A stretch of 64,000 nucleotides of DNA from the human T2T-CHM13v2.0 reference genome, Homo sapiens: assembly GCF_009914755.1 (NCBI RefSeq), contig NC_060926.1; one strand, given 5' to 3'. A model generated the notes under the pieces. That model had not been told where the DNA came from. It made no database searches and was given only the letters and a program-made list of their open reading frames with translations. Shown piece by piece: positions 41,384 through 55,369 of this stretch. The first letter of the stretch is position 1; every line of letters starts with the position of its first letter. A program made the translations under genes and the position numbers.

Positions 41384-41844
41384 TCTCTCTCCCTTTTTAA
41401 TTCTCTCTGCCCTAAGAGAGGTGGAGTGATGTGTCTGATTGGTAAATTTGGAAAGAACAGACTGGGCACACGCTGCTTATCCCTTTCCTGTTCCTTCTTG
41501 AAATTGAGTGACTCATAGCAAACAGGTATTCTGCCCTGCTTCTCAGGGCAAGAAACTTCCCATATCTGGTCTTGTCTATGACTGGGTCAACCAGCCGGTT
41601 TGGAGATGCCAATTTGAAAGCTCATTTGACCCCCATCCCCAAGTAATTCCCTCCAACTTAGACTTTCTCAGTAGCAATGGTGATATTTCAGGCCTCATCT
41701 GCCTCGTTCCTTGTTTTATTTCTTAATTTCCTTAGAATCTGGGTGAGAAAGAAGGTTGATAACCATTGGACACTCATTAGACCCCAGTAGGTACCATTTG
41801 TCCCAGTTTGCACAGTGTCCTAGAACTTAATTCTAAAGCCATGA

Positions 41845-42173
<329 letters not shown>

Positions 42174-44299
42174 AAGAAGCATTTTCTAAACTAATCTTCT
42201 CCTACAAATAGCCCCTGGACCTTGAGGATCATAAATGGTCATCATTTAACATTTTTTTCTGCTAGAAGTATTGAGCCTCTTTGTTGTATTGAGACCAAAA
42301 GAAGATCTGTCACCCCCCTCCACTCCCCTACAGATGTACATACAACTTTCGGCAATCTCAGAGAGTTTGAAGCTACAATTCTATTACAAACGACGTGCTA
42401 CAAGTATGCTTTTAAAATAAATTATTTTTCCAGTTTTTTCACTTTAACCTCTGCCCCAGTGGTCGTAAAAACAGAGGCATGGAGACTGAGTTCTTTTCTG
42501 TGGACCATTACGCATCTATCTTTTCCAATAGTTTCCTTTGCCTCTGCTCTTTTTTGCTGTACAAAGACAGAAATTTCTAAACAGAGCCTTTAATAGTCCA
42601 TTACTTTTTACCCATGTTATGCAATGTAGCTTTAAAGACGAACTTTTCCAGCAAACTGCTGCTTGTGTGAATGCCTGTTTGGGAGTGAGACTTCCCTACT
42701 GGAAAAATAACTAACACACACTACACCATAGTTACGATTACATCACAATAAATATTCTATGCAGGACTAGGAACAGTTCCTCAAAGAAAAATGCTTGGGG
42801 AACGGGTAATTGGAATGAACTACAAGCATTTTCACTGAGCTCAAAGAAACTGCAAGAAAAAAGATCTTCGATCTGCATCCAAGTATTTTTTTTGTCTGAA
42901 AGAACACTGTGTGAGGAATTTTGACATTCTCTGCATTCTAATGAAAATGACTTGGAAAGTAGAGGCTTCTCTATACATTTGCCTCATTGCTGCCACGATG
43001 GGCACCGTTTATCAGGAATAAAGAGAGAAGATCAAGAAAGTAGTTCTTTTCTGGAGAATTTTGTGCTCTGGCTCTTAAGTACTTTTGCTTTGCCATGAAT
43101 GTGAATATTTTAAAGGCCAAAAAAGCCCCCTCCATTTGAGTTGCAGATGGCCACAGGAACCCAACAAGAATGCTAACAACTCATTTTAAAAAGGGAAAAA
43201 GAAAGGAAGTGCCAAGTTCCACACTGCATATCCATACTGATGTTGAGCCCATCTTGGCCTAGCTGGTAGAACTGAAAATTGAGAATAATATTAAGGGGCT
43301 GCAATGATCCCTAAGGGTAAAAATAAATGTGTTTCTGAAAACAACAGCCACATCCACAATGAAATAGACATGAAACAAGATAACCCAAGAACACATTTGT
43401 TTTCCTTGTAACAGGGATGCGTTAAGTTCATTATTCAGAGGACTTTGATTACCCTTTTCAAAGATTTTTGGTGAGTTTAATTTTCAAGGCTGTTAACCAC
43501 TGATGTCAACTTAATTATAGCAAGCAAACAACCAACCCATAATGTATGATGCCAATTGTTGGTTTTACTCTAGTCTTGCATTAGACTTGGATTTCTTTGC
43601 TCGTTTATAACTTTCTGAGCGAGGAAGGTTTCTGCGCAGTCACTTGCTTTCCCTTAGCTGGTGTCTTTGTTCTCCAGTTTGCCATGGGGGATTGAGGGAA
43701 CAGATATTTATGACTTATTATCTCAGTATTAACAGTGCCCCCTCAATGATTTATGAAGCTGTGCTGTTGCATTTCTAACCTTGATGTCCTTCTGATTATT
43801 GTTCTCAAATGGTAAGATTAACACAGTGGGGCCCAAAGATTCTTAATCAGTTTCTTGCATACAAATTCACCCAAATGTAGGGAAGAGAGAGTCCTTGGTG
43901 GCATAACGACTTCCAGATGGAATGAACTGAGAACATCTAAGCACTTAACCCAAAGCACCCTTATATTTGTCACCATGAACATGATGTCCTCACACTAAAA
44001 TTTAGTTATACTTTTGTATCTCAGCATTCAATGAACTAGAATTCTAGAATGGCATGTACATCTTGTGTTAAAGTTCAGGACATTTGTTGGTATATGTGTT
44101 TCTTTTCTTCCAAAGGGTGACAGTGATCCAGGATGAAGGTCCTTTGACTATACATTTCAGCGTTCAATTGAGGTAAAATAATGGTGATTTTCGGGAAAGA
44201 AAAATTATCCCTGTCCTTTTTCCAGGGGTCCCTGGAGGTACTTTGTTGAATTTTTCTAATCTTGTGCATGGACTTCTCAAAAGCTGATCTGGCAGACAA

Positions 44300-44705
44300 T
44301 CACAGTTGGCCACTCAGTCACTACCCTTACAGCTACTAGCGGCCATGAGACAGTGATCTGACCCATGAAATGTAAAGAGAATTTCTGGGGGGACTTTGGA
44401 AACGCTTTTGCGTTCTCATTAAAAGGCAAAGCTTAAGACACAAGCTCTTTGGTGCCATCCCTTCCCTTGAACCTGAATACAGTGATCATCTTGTGATCAA
44501 GAGGCAAGAAACCTGAGGACAAAAAGCCAACATGCTTAGGGAAGTAAGAAGAAAAATGGAGAAATTTTGAGTTTTTGATGACATCACTGGGCTGTAGGAG
44601 CAACCCCAAGATCACCTATGTAGACTATCTTGTTACATAAACAAGAAATGCCTTTATGGTTTATGTCCCTGCTACTTGCAGCCAAAAACATTCTTATGTG
44701 ATACA
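44300..44705 (+). mobile_element. Old MLT1 LTR remnant
   Basis: ggccatgagacagtgatctgacccatgaaatgtaa...gactatcttgttacata...tgctacttgcagccaaaaacattctta. Confidence 0.55.
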
Positions 44706-47700
44706 GGAAGCAAGGTCTAGGGTGGAGGCAAGAACAGAAAGGACGGGGGCAGCAGTAATGGCTGGTAAATTCTGTTAGGAAGTGTTGCCCCAGAGACTAA
44801 TGAAGGGATGGAAAATGCTGCTTGATGCCTAGGAGCTGTTGCAGCCATAGCTGCCTTGGCCTTCCACCTGAGGATGATGCCAGGTTTTGTCAATATCATG
44901 ACAGTGATATTAATGATATTCAACAAAGGGGGCAAGAATACAAGCAATTAGTTGAATTCTTAGAGCTCAGTGAAAGAGTGTAAGGGCAAAGCAGACAGCA
45001 GGAGAGTAAAAACGAAGTTTGTTTGCTTCCCTTTGTGGTTTAATTTGCCCAAACTGAATGGTTTAGAAGTATATCCCTCAGCTGAAAGTCTAACTGCCTG
45101 TGTCTTGTGGAACATACCTGTATTTGTAACTTGCATCTTCTGTGTGGGTGAGGACCAGGGGGCATAAAACCATGTGGGGGGATTTTCCTTCTTCCCAAGG
45201 GAGAGCTGATGACCAAGGCTGAATTCCAAGGTAGCAGAGTTCCAGCTGAGGACTGGCCAGTGGTAACCTGGACCCCAGCTTCCTCAACCACCATATAAGC
45301 TGGTGTTGTAGAGGTGTGTGTGTGTGTGTTTCTTGAAAACACTCCTATTCAAAGCAAAGCCAGGTCAGCCTTAAAAGCAAGCTGACAAAAAGAACTATAA
45401 AACCAGGGGTGGATTACATTTCAGAGTGGTTCCTTAAATTACAACTATCACTAACAGGCATTAGTCAGCTATTTCTAGTTTAACTAAAAAGTAAAAGGTA
45501 TATTCAACTTGTCTTTATTCTATTTTTCTTCTTATGCTAAACATTTAAGCTCCTTCATTTCTGCTATAATATTTTGAAATGGTGATAAATCTGTTTTAGC
45601 TTGAAACTTGATTTCTTCAATATACGCAGTCAGCAAATAGTTATTGCATGTCTCCATACCAGTGAGTGTGTGTGTCTGTGTAAGATAGAGGGAAGGTGAG
45701 GTAGAGAGAGAAAGAGAGAGAGAGCATGAGAGAGTGTGCGTGAGAGAGAGCCAACAGCATCCTTTCAGGATCTTGTACATAGAAATGAAAGCCGTGAATG
45801 AAGCTGTAGTTCAATTTGATTAGGAAAATGCACTCTAAAATACTGAGAGGATGTGATGCCAGGCAAACTGAGCTGCTGGCTGGAGAACACTGAACAAAGA
45901 TGAAATTGTTTCTGGATCTTAACTCACTCTTATGCAGAATGTCTCCTGACTTGCTTTATCCCTCTTTCCCTTGCAGCAGTCAGTGACAGGCTGGGTGGAA
46001 AGTTGTCCTTCCTCTCAGAGAATGTTAACTCATCAGCCTCCAGGTGTGGCTCCGGCCTATTGGCTGCCTTTCCCTTTGAAGGCACAGACACTCTTGAGAG
46101 AATCTTGAGCTGGCTTTGGAGCTGGGACCCCTTTGCACTCCCACTTTGGATGTCTTCACTGGGTGGCAGACTAGTCAACCCGCTAGGCTCTAGCTATTTC
46201 TGAATAGGTTCTTTGAAGTTACTGGAGACCCAAGTGGTTTGCTACATTTTGCATAAGTAATAGAACAGTGCATAAACCCCCTTGCCCAGCATCACTTAAT
46301 ACACCTGCTTCTGCTGATGCTCTTTGAAGATGCCTCCGTGGAGGGCATCGCAAACTGCTCTGCACATTCATATTCAACCCGTGTGCAGTATGCATGGACC
46401 ACTGCAGGCTGAGAGCCGCGTGCCTGGCGCGGCCCGCCTCTAGCACTGTCTCCAGTCATTCCACTGTGCTCACAAAGAAGTCCAAGAAATAGAAAAACAT
46501 AAAAAGCTATTGTCCATGTCCAGTGAGAAATGAAATGCACTGGACCGCGTATCACAACTTCCTTAAAATAATACAACTTTATCACTTTTGCATCTGATCC
46601 TGCTCATGGTTTGCAAAGTCATAAACCCCTTGAAATCAATAGCTTGAGCCATCGCTGCTCTATTCTATTTAAACACATCCTCTAAAGAAGCAATTTATTA
46701 CGAACTCTCTATGGTTTCACCTTATCTAAAACACTTAATTCAGTCCATCTCCTGCTTTGCTTTGTAGTGTTGGAAGCAATCAGAAGACTGGAAGCAATTT
46801 ACTAATAAGAGAACATGCCCTACAGCTCTGGCCTGTGAAAAGAGTTTCAGAATCACGATGTAGCCACAAGTCAAATTCTAGAAAGAATTAATGGCACATC
46901 TCATAGTTCTTTCATTTGCTGGCTGATTCATTCCAGGTATGATTGAAAATCCTCCATTACAGGTATGGCCTCTTTTGGTGTTCCCAGGGTAGGAAACACA
47001 TTGTCTTCTACCAGCAACTTTGCTCCAGCTCCCTGAAATATAGTCACTTCTACCACCATGAAAACTACAAAGCAAGGGAGAATCCAGCTTAGTCTTCTAG
47101 AAAAAATTAACAGAGAAGAAAAGATATGTCTCACGGTTAAATGAGTAAGGAGTTCTGCCTATACAAAGGCTGTAATCAAATGATTTGGTTTGGGGGACAA
47201 AAGCTAGGCTTGTGCATGGACATGGTATTCATTGTAGACGACCAAATCATGCCAGCATCTGATCTCTTTAACCAAAACCTTTCTCCACAACCTCTCTCAA
47301 CCTGCTTTATCCTCAAGCTTTCTCAAGGGAAGAGAGAGAAATGGACTTATCAAGATGCTTAAGCCCCCCAGGAAAGAAAACTCCCTTCTGCACCACAGTG
47401 TACTCCTCTGTAAAGTGAAAGTGTGGACCAGAGAGAATAGGGTCTCTTCTAGCCTTAGAGGTGTGGGATTCTTGAGGACGGTGGCCTAAAAGTGAGGCCA
47501 GATGTGGAGCTGGGCATCTGGGACCACCAACAGGGGCCTCAGGAATAGCCCATCCATGTGCCTGAGGATTCCTGTGTTTAAAAGAAACTAATTCAAGATC
47601 TCAAGGGAAAACAGATGAATTATATAATAGATGGGCAAGAATGGACAGTCCAGTACATGGCACCAAGCAGATGTTTGATGAACACCAATTCCTTTGCCGA

Positions 47701-47944
47701 AAACTCACTGGAATGGCTTGCTCTTGGCACATGTTGTTACTTTAATTCAGCAAATTGGCTAATTGGCCAGTGGAGTTCTAAGATTCACAGCCATGCTGCA
47801 TCCCATTCCATTCTCATTCTATCCCATTCCATAAGGTAGGGATCTGCTAAACCTGAGCTTTCTTTTTAGATATCTGCCCCAGCAAGAGGAAGGACACATC
47901 TACCTATGGAATAAAAAACAAAACAAAACAAAAGTGGAAGTGGT

Positions 47945-48255
47945 ATGGATGAGCCATAAAACATGATCCTAAGCAAAAGCAGCCAGCCACAAAAGGCCAC
48001 ACAGTATGAGATTTCACTTACAGGAAATGTCCAGCATAGGCAAATCCATAGAAGCAGAAAGCAGATTAGTGGTTCCCAGGGGCTGGGAAAAGGGGAAAAT
48101 GAGGGGTGACTGCTAATAAAATAAAGTTTCTTTTGGGGTGATGAAATGTTCTTGAACTGGTGGTGATAGTTACACTTCTCTATGAATAAACGAAAAACCA
48201 CATAATTGCATACTTTAAAGGGTGAATTATATTTCAATAAAATTGTTGTTAAAAA
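47945..48255 (+). mobile_element. L1M 3' end
   Basis: aaatgtccagcataggcaaatccatagaagcagaaagcagattagtggtt...gtgaattatatttcaataaa. Confidence 0.8.
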
Positions 48256-49625
48256 TACAAAAAAAGCGGGAAAACATAGAAAATGGCACCACAGCGGAAA
48301 AAAAAAAAAAAAACCTGGAGAAGTGAAAGGTACTTGAATTCCTGTCCCACTGGCTGTGTGATCTTGACTTTTCTGTGTCTTAGATTCACCAACTATCAAG
48401 TGGGGATATTATCTCTTTGTGAACCTTCTAAATTAACTATGAGGATACTACTGTTAGGAACTAAAGGCTGAATTCAAGGACTCCCTCATTCTGAGAAATA
48501 TAGAAACAGTGTACAAACTAACTTGTACTATAATATCTGGGCCACCCTTCAGAAGCAGGTATGGATAGTGAATGGGGCAACTCCTGGTGAGCATCAAGAC
48601 AGGTTTCCATGTCTAGCACTGGTTCCTTGAAGATGGTTATACTGACCGCATTTCTCATTCTCTTGCTGTATCTCATAAGAAAACAGTCAGCCTGTTTCTA
48701 CATTTTACAAGGGGGGAGGCTAAGCCCCTGGGATATTAAGTAAACTCTTTCAAGTTACCAAATGTGAAGAACCTAGAACATAGGGGTTCTCTCCCCTAAG
48801 GGAGCCAATACACTTTCCATTGGACAAGTAAAAAATAGGGGTTTAAGTGTTGAGTCCTTTTGCACAGTGTGCTAATAAACCTTTGCTTAGTTTGGACATT
48901 AGAACCTAAGTTGGTCAATTAGGAAGGAAGGAAGGAAGGTAGGGAGGGCGGGCGGGAGAGAGGGAGGGCAGGCAAGGGTACACTGTCTCTCTCAAAGGCT
49001 GTAGATTCAGAATTTTTGTTTCAGGAGTATGTAAGGGAGGCAGATTTCCTTTTCAAAGTTCAAAGAAAATGGTATGTTTTGTTTTCATACTTCGTTTCAT
49101 TTTCACTTGGGAAAAATGCCCCAGCTTTGAAACCTCTCTGTTTAAACTCATTAGGAAAACTATCAATGACAGCAGCTTTCATGCAATCATAGTGGGAGGA
49201 ATTAGTGTTATGGGAGAGCTGGATCAATCTTCAAATGTTTCATCTATGGAGATGGGAGGTCAGCACCGGCTGCTTGTTCAGCTGGAAAGTTAACATAAAC
49301 AAATACTTCACTCACTGGGAGAGTCCAAGGGAAAGACATTTGATATTCCCCCTCTGAATACTTCCTCAGAAGGCACATGAAAGAGATAGTTGCTTCTTGA
49401 GAACTAAGTGGTCAACTGCTTGGCAAAATGTCTCATCTCGAAGAGCAAGGTGTTTGTTCTTTTAGTGTCTGGAAAGGAAAGGAGGTAGGGATGTGAACAT
49501 TCACGGAATAGAATCCCTTCCTGTGTAATTCCTAACTTCATCGAAGTTGATATGGAAACCCTTTTAGCGGAGCTGGTTTTAATATATGAAGATATATTTT
49601 TTGATATCCAAATATGTTTTAAAGG

Positions 49626-49931
49626 TTTTTTTGTTTCGTTTTGTTTTTGAGACAGAGTCTCACTCTGTTGCCCAGGCTGGAGTGCACTAGAGTAATCTCA
49701 GCTCATTACAACCTCCACCTCCCGGGTTCAAGCAATTCTCACGTCTCAGCCTCCTGAGTAGCTGGGATTACAGGCATGTGCCACCACGCCCAGCTAATTT
49801 TTTGTGTTTTTAGTAGAGATGGAGTTTCACTATGTTGGCCAGGATGGTCTCAAACTCCTGACCTCAGGTGATCCACCTACCTCAAGCTTCCCAAAGTGCT
49901 GGGATTACAGGCATGAGCCGCCGTGCCCAGC
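49626..49931 (-). mobile_element. Alu (AluSx-like)
   Basis: Full consensus including ctcctgacctcaggtgatcc. Confidence 0.92.
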
Positions 49932-50465
49932 TTCATTTTAAAGTTTTTTAAGCTGTTGAAGTCTCCTTTGCCAAAAATAGAATGTGGAACTTTGTTTTTG
50001 TTTTGCACTTTATTCATAGAGCATATTCCATAGCCCATCTGATTGATTCAAAATGGGGTTAACAGTGAGAAATTAAGGACTGCAGATGGGATGTCTAAAA
50101 GAGAGCTAACAGGAGAGGCCTGGTAGGAGGAGGAGAGACAGGGACAAATGGAGGACGCTGGAAGATTAGCAGAGACCCCTGCTACTTCTAACAAAATTGT
50201 TCTGCAAAAATAAAATAAAAAAATCTTAGAAAATGTTCTTCATGCCTACAACATAGCATGGATTAAGGAATTTGTGATCTCAGTATCTGTAAAGGTTAAC
50301 TCAATATTTTCATTTTTCTTACAAGCATTGCATATGTGGGTATATGCAAATATATATACAGGCAAAAATGGAAAAGTATATCCACACACACAAATATATG
50401 ACTGTGTGTGTGTGCGCACATATGTGTGCGCACAGGCATTTGAGCTTGAGTGCATGCACTCCAAA

Positions 50466-50518
50466 GAATACAGGAATAAAGGGACTATGACAGGAATACA
50501 GGAATAAAGGGACTATGA
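50466..50518. repeat. 25-bp direct duplication, period 28
   Basis: gaatacaggaataaagggactatga at 50466-50490 and 50494-50518. Confidence 0.92.
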
Positions 50519-53500
50519 TTAGCAGCACTGGGCCTCATTCCTGCCAAGCCCATCCCAAGGCCAAACTAGAGCCTATCATTTTAGATCTCGGGGAAATTAA
50601 GCAGACATAGACTTAAGAAAACACAGGCTGTGGTTAACTTTCCACTTCTTTCTACTAAGAGTGGATGACCAAGCATTTTTGCGACATCTAGTCCTCTGTT
50701 GCTATCCCTTAGTTAGCTCATGAGAAAATAAGGTGTAAAACTAAACTATCCAAGATATGAAGCCATCCCTGCCCAACTTAATGAGCAACTAACTAATCCA
50801 AAAGGAAAATAGCCATTACTTACACAGCCATAATGTAGATGCAACATGGCATATAAATCAGTAACTCTTGTATTGCAAAACAGACAAATAGATTAATGCA
50901 TGTTGCAAAGGATGGGTGAAGAGATCGATTAGGTTACTGATTCAGACCGTGAACTTTCTCTCAATATACTGCATTTAACTTTTAAATAAGGTTTAGGAGA
51001 ACCTGTAACATTTTGCTCACTGACAGAGCTATATTTTACTAAGGGCAGAAATTGGCTAGTCTATAAAAATTAAATTATGCCCCTTTCACTGTATCTAGTC
51101 AAGAGGAAAAACTCTAATTACAAGATTGCACTGTCAAACAAATGCAAATTCACATTCTTTATTCCCTGGTTTAAAAATTCATACTGGAGGGGGCTTCTAT
51201 TCTGAAATGAAAATCAATATTTGAAATATTTTGCAGAGTGCAATGACAAGCAAGAGCAAAAGAAGTGTCATTATCAAGGGTGCTAGTAAATAGACACCAA
51301 CTCATTAAGTGCAGAGCTAGTGAGAACAAGTCATTCATTATGCAAATATTTAAATATCAATTAGTAAGGACAATGAAAGAAGTTGAAATGAACCTTCCCT
51401 TCCCCACAGCCAGTACCTTATTATTCCAGAAATGACCAAAGGGAACAAGAGTGGTGGATAATAATCTCAGCACATAATAGCAATGTCACTCTGGGGAATA
51501 GGTAAAGGTTAATTTCAAACATACTTCCCAATGGAAAATTAAATGTACCTGCCTCAAAATTTTTAAGAGCTGAGTTTACAGACTTAGTCCAGAAAACTGA
51601 AGGCCTATGCATATTGCATGGCTGGTATTTTTTGGAAAGAGAACACCTTTCATTACTGCTTAATGTCAGACTGGCTTAGTTCATTAAATTTTCTTAGTCG
51701 ATTTAAAGCCCTGGTTTTTCCACATCTATGAAAAAATGCAAGTCCACATAGCACTCAAACTTAAAAATCTCACTGGTTGCTTCCCAGATTCTTTTGACAT
51801 CCACTTCATGGCCTGTCTACCTGGACTGTTAGGTGAACTTGGTGGATATGAAAAATGGCCTAAACTCTTTGAACTTTGCCTGGACTATCTTTTCAGGCAG
51901 ACCTGGCAGGATATTTTACGACATGCTGGCTGTGTGGTATTACAGCAAAGGTGTTGGCCTGAGAAGCAGGCTTCAAGCGCCTCTTAGTAACAGTTGGCTG
52001 GTGAACTTGGACCAAGCATCTAATTTTCCTGGACCTTGCTTTCTTCCTCTGTAACACAAAAAGTTTTGTCCAGATCAGTTCTCAACTCGGGTCACCCCAG
52101 AATCATTGGGAAGTTTATAAAAGACCCATGGCCAGATATACCACAGACTATGAAATGGGCTTCTTTAAGCAGAGACCCAGGCATGTGGAGTTGAACAAAA
52201 CTCCCAGCAAGATTCCAACATGCATCTTTAACTAGGAGTCACTGGGCTCTTTCAGCTCTAGTATGCTGAGATTCTCAGGACAACATATGTTATTGATCAA
52301 ACTTGAAAGAAATTCTGACTTCAATTCTTAATAGCATCATTTAACAGGCATTACTTTCTCTGGAGAGGAGATGTTGACCATGTAATAGAATTACATGCTG
52401 ACTGGCTGTGGCATGAGGAAACAAGATCCTGAAAGAGGACCACCAGATTTCACGAGATTCTATATGTGCAACCCACAGAAAAGAGTCAGATGCCTTGGGC
52501 GCTCAACAACAGTTAGCTCTTGTTAATATGATGATTATACTACAACTGTGTTCACTTAAAGTTTTAGGTTTGCTCTCTATCCTTATTGGCAAAAAATTAA
52601 ATTGGTCCCTAATAAGTACATGGACATAAAAATGGAAGTGCTTTGGAGGTATAAGGCCCCCCTGGACATTGCTCTTTTGATGCAGAAACAGATCCGTTTG
52701 GCTTGTTTCTGTGGAGTTTAGGCTTAGAATGCCTTGCTTCCATGTGCACACACCCCGACCTAGCATCCTTCCCTTCAAAACTTTTTCCTTTGAGTTCATC
52801 GACTGCTTCTGTTTGTCAAACTTCACAATTGAAACTGCCTTATTACTTGATTCTGTCTCTACCTGTTGGGCTGTGACCTGTGGCCAGAGGGGCCTGGTTT
52901 GGAGACAAGGTACCTACCTTGTCTGAGCTTATAGAAAGCGAGCAACCTTAGGCCAGACACTTGAAGTCTGTGCTGAAGTTTCTGTGGATAAAATGGAAGT
53001 TAAAATGCCTGCTCTGCTTCTTTTACAGAGTGGTTTTGAGGACAGAATGAAGCAAGATGAAAAACAGCACTTTGAAAATGGAGTGTGTGGTATTCATCTT
53101 AGATACACTTTTAGAGAAGAAGAAATGTGTCTCAGAAAAAGGACCTCTTCTGACTCAAATTTAGCTTACATCCCCTTCTCAACCATATCCCAGGTGATAA
53201 AATATGACACCCAGGTAAGCAGTGGCCTTGTGGACTCTGAAGAAGTTCTTAACGTGTCCACGGCACATTCTCATTTTGTCTGGCTCTAAACTACTGTCTC
53301 AAGAAAGCTGCAAATATTTGAAAGTAACAATAAAGTGTTAACAGTAATTCTGACTAAAATCACAGCAGTCCCTCTGGTAGAAAGGCAGTAAATTCTTTGC
53401 TCAGGTAAAACGTAGGAAAGAAACACAAGTAGAAAAAAATCCCATTTGTTCAAATTATCCCTATCAGTCTTAAGAATTATCGCCAAGTTTGTTTTGTTTT

Positions 53501-54750
53501 GCATCATTAATAGCCCAAATCCCACGTGCCAAAATAATGTTTACCGCATTTCTCGAGACAAGTTACCCTTGAGAGCCAGTATGTCTGAGGCTTCCCAGAA
53601 GAGTGATTTTGGTGCAACAAATAATGACCTATACAAACCAGCCCTTACAACTGCACACACACCACAACACAACACAGTGTCAAGCTAACATCTGCTTTCC
53701 AAATAACCATGAGGATAGCAATATGACATTTCCAGGCCCTTCTCTGAGAAGAAACGACTTTCCCAAGGTGTTGGCTTTGAAACTAGAGTCCTTGCATTGA
53801 TTTGCCAGCGGGTAAAGGGAATCATATAACAGTTCTAATCACTTCACCGGGCTCTGCAGGCAGTTCACAGAACTAAAGGAAGTGGGGGCTTTGGTTCATT
53901 CACTATCAGCCATCAAGTTATGCTATTTCCCATCCTTTTAATATCCTTAAAATGGCAAGGTCTGTGTTTATGGTTTTGACCTTGAAACTGAAGTAACAGC
54001 TCTACCTATTCTCCCAAAGTTCCAGATATACTTTGGGGAACTTTGACTTCTGATAAGACAGCTGGGGTAGGGGGTGAGGAGAGGGTTGGAAAGTTCTACC
54101 TCAGTGAGAAGATTCTTGGTCAACTAGAGGGAGTGAGGGCTATCCCACAAGACCTCCCCTTCCCCCACAGGATGCTCAGGACTTCTTCTCAGCTAGCCAG
54201 CAGCTAAGCTGGTAGGGCTGAGAACGGCATTCCTTTGAAAGATCTTGGCAATTTGTGCCTGGAAGTTGATGCATTAGTTCTAAAATTAAACAAAGATCCT
54301 GTAGTGTTCTTCAAGGAAATATGGTGTGCCTCTATGACAAAACACATTTTTCAAGCTCTGACCTCTGGGAGCTTCAACTAGCTCCATATTTCAGGCTGAC
54401 AATGCTCACAGGCTACTGTCTAGTTGCCCAAGCCAGGGCTGGTTAGCCATATATTTTCTACCTCCATCAGCTTTTAGCATAGGGAGGTGAAGGGAGTAAA
54501 TAAAAAGAGGAGAGCCACTAATTTACATGCACTTCCCCTCCCAAGACCCTTGGGGAGAAGCCTTGGTAATTAATGAGATTAAAGTAACTTGGAACTCTTC
54601 ATTTTCCCAGCACTGTAAAACTAAATCTGCGATAACCAGTGTGTGGGCATTAAATCAAAGTCAGTCCTTTTTCCTGCTATTTAATGGCCTCCTCACTCCC
54701 ACCCCACAGCCCAGGCTTAAGAGCGAGGGGGAGGGCTGCCAGGCTCTTAC

Positions 54751-54888
54751 CGGCACTTTGCTCCATCACTTCTTTCTGACACATGTCTTGAACGTTCACC
54801 GTGCAATTCACAATGAACTCGGGGGAGGAGCAGTCGTTGTTCAGCTGGAATTCTTCACACTGGTAGCACTGGATTTGCAGCGCAAAGC
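54751..54888 (-). CDS. LYPD1: LYPD1 coding exon 2 (N-terminal half of LU domain)
   Basis: Acceptor tctgtctcgcAG|, donor CCG|GTAAGA, 138 nt. Encodes GFALQIQCYQCEEFQLNNDCSSPEFIVNCTVNVQDMCQKEVMEQSA, with the CxxC start of a three-finger Ly6/uPAR domain and an NCT sequon. Phase 1 matches both neighbouring exons. Confidence 0.96.
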
Positions 54889-55041
54889 CTGCGAGACAGA
54901 CGCAGTCGGGTTCAGATCCGGCCCCCACAGAGCCCACCCCGGAAATCACGACCATCCCACCCCTCAGAGCCAGGCGGCTCCCAGCCTCTGGCAGGCTTAG
55001 ACCACTCCTGGGTCTCCGGGTAGGGCTGGATGTGGCTGACA

Positions 55042-55055
55042 CCGGCAGGGGGCGG
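55042..55055 (+). promoter_or_regulatory. Candidate CTCF site
   Basis: CCGGCAGGGGGCGG matches the CCRSYAGRKGGCRS core fully. Confidence 0.55.
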
Positions 55056-55369
55056 CGCGGGTACCTAGGGTCCTACGGAAGAAAGTGGAATAGTGCCCGC
55101 CACCCCTGGACCCCGGCTCTAGACACAAAGCGCCCATCCATTACCACCCCAGGCCTTTTCCCAAGAAGTTGAAGGGAGGGTGGGGACGGTACCACCGCAA
55201 GAGTGAAGTAGCTCTGGAGATGTGCGTTAGCTCCAGCCTAAGCCAAAGGATTTGCCTAATTGCTAATTGGTTACAAATTACTTAATTACTATTTTGGCAC
55301 CATTCGTGATTACATTCGCAGACGTCTTTTTAGTTTTTATTTATTTAATTTTTAAAGTCAGCGTTTCTG

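Noticed and set aside
47866-48399. 177-aa hydrophobic ORF on -
   Set aside because: Antisense reading of a T-rich L1 3' end and adjacent repeat.
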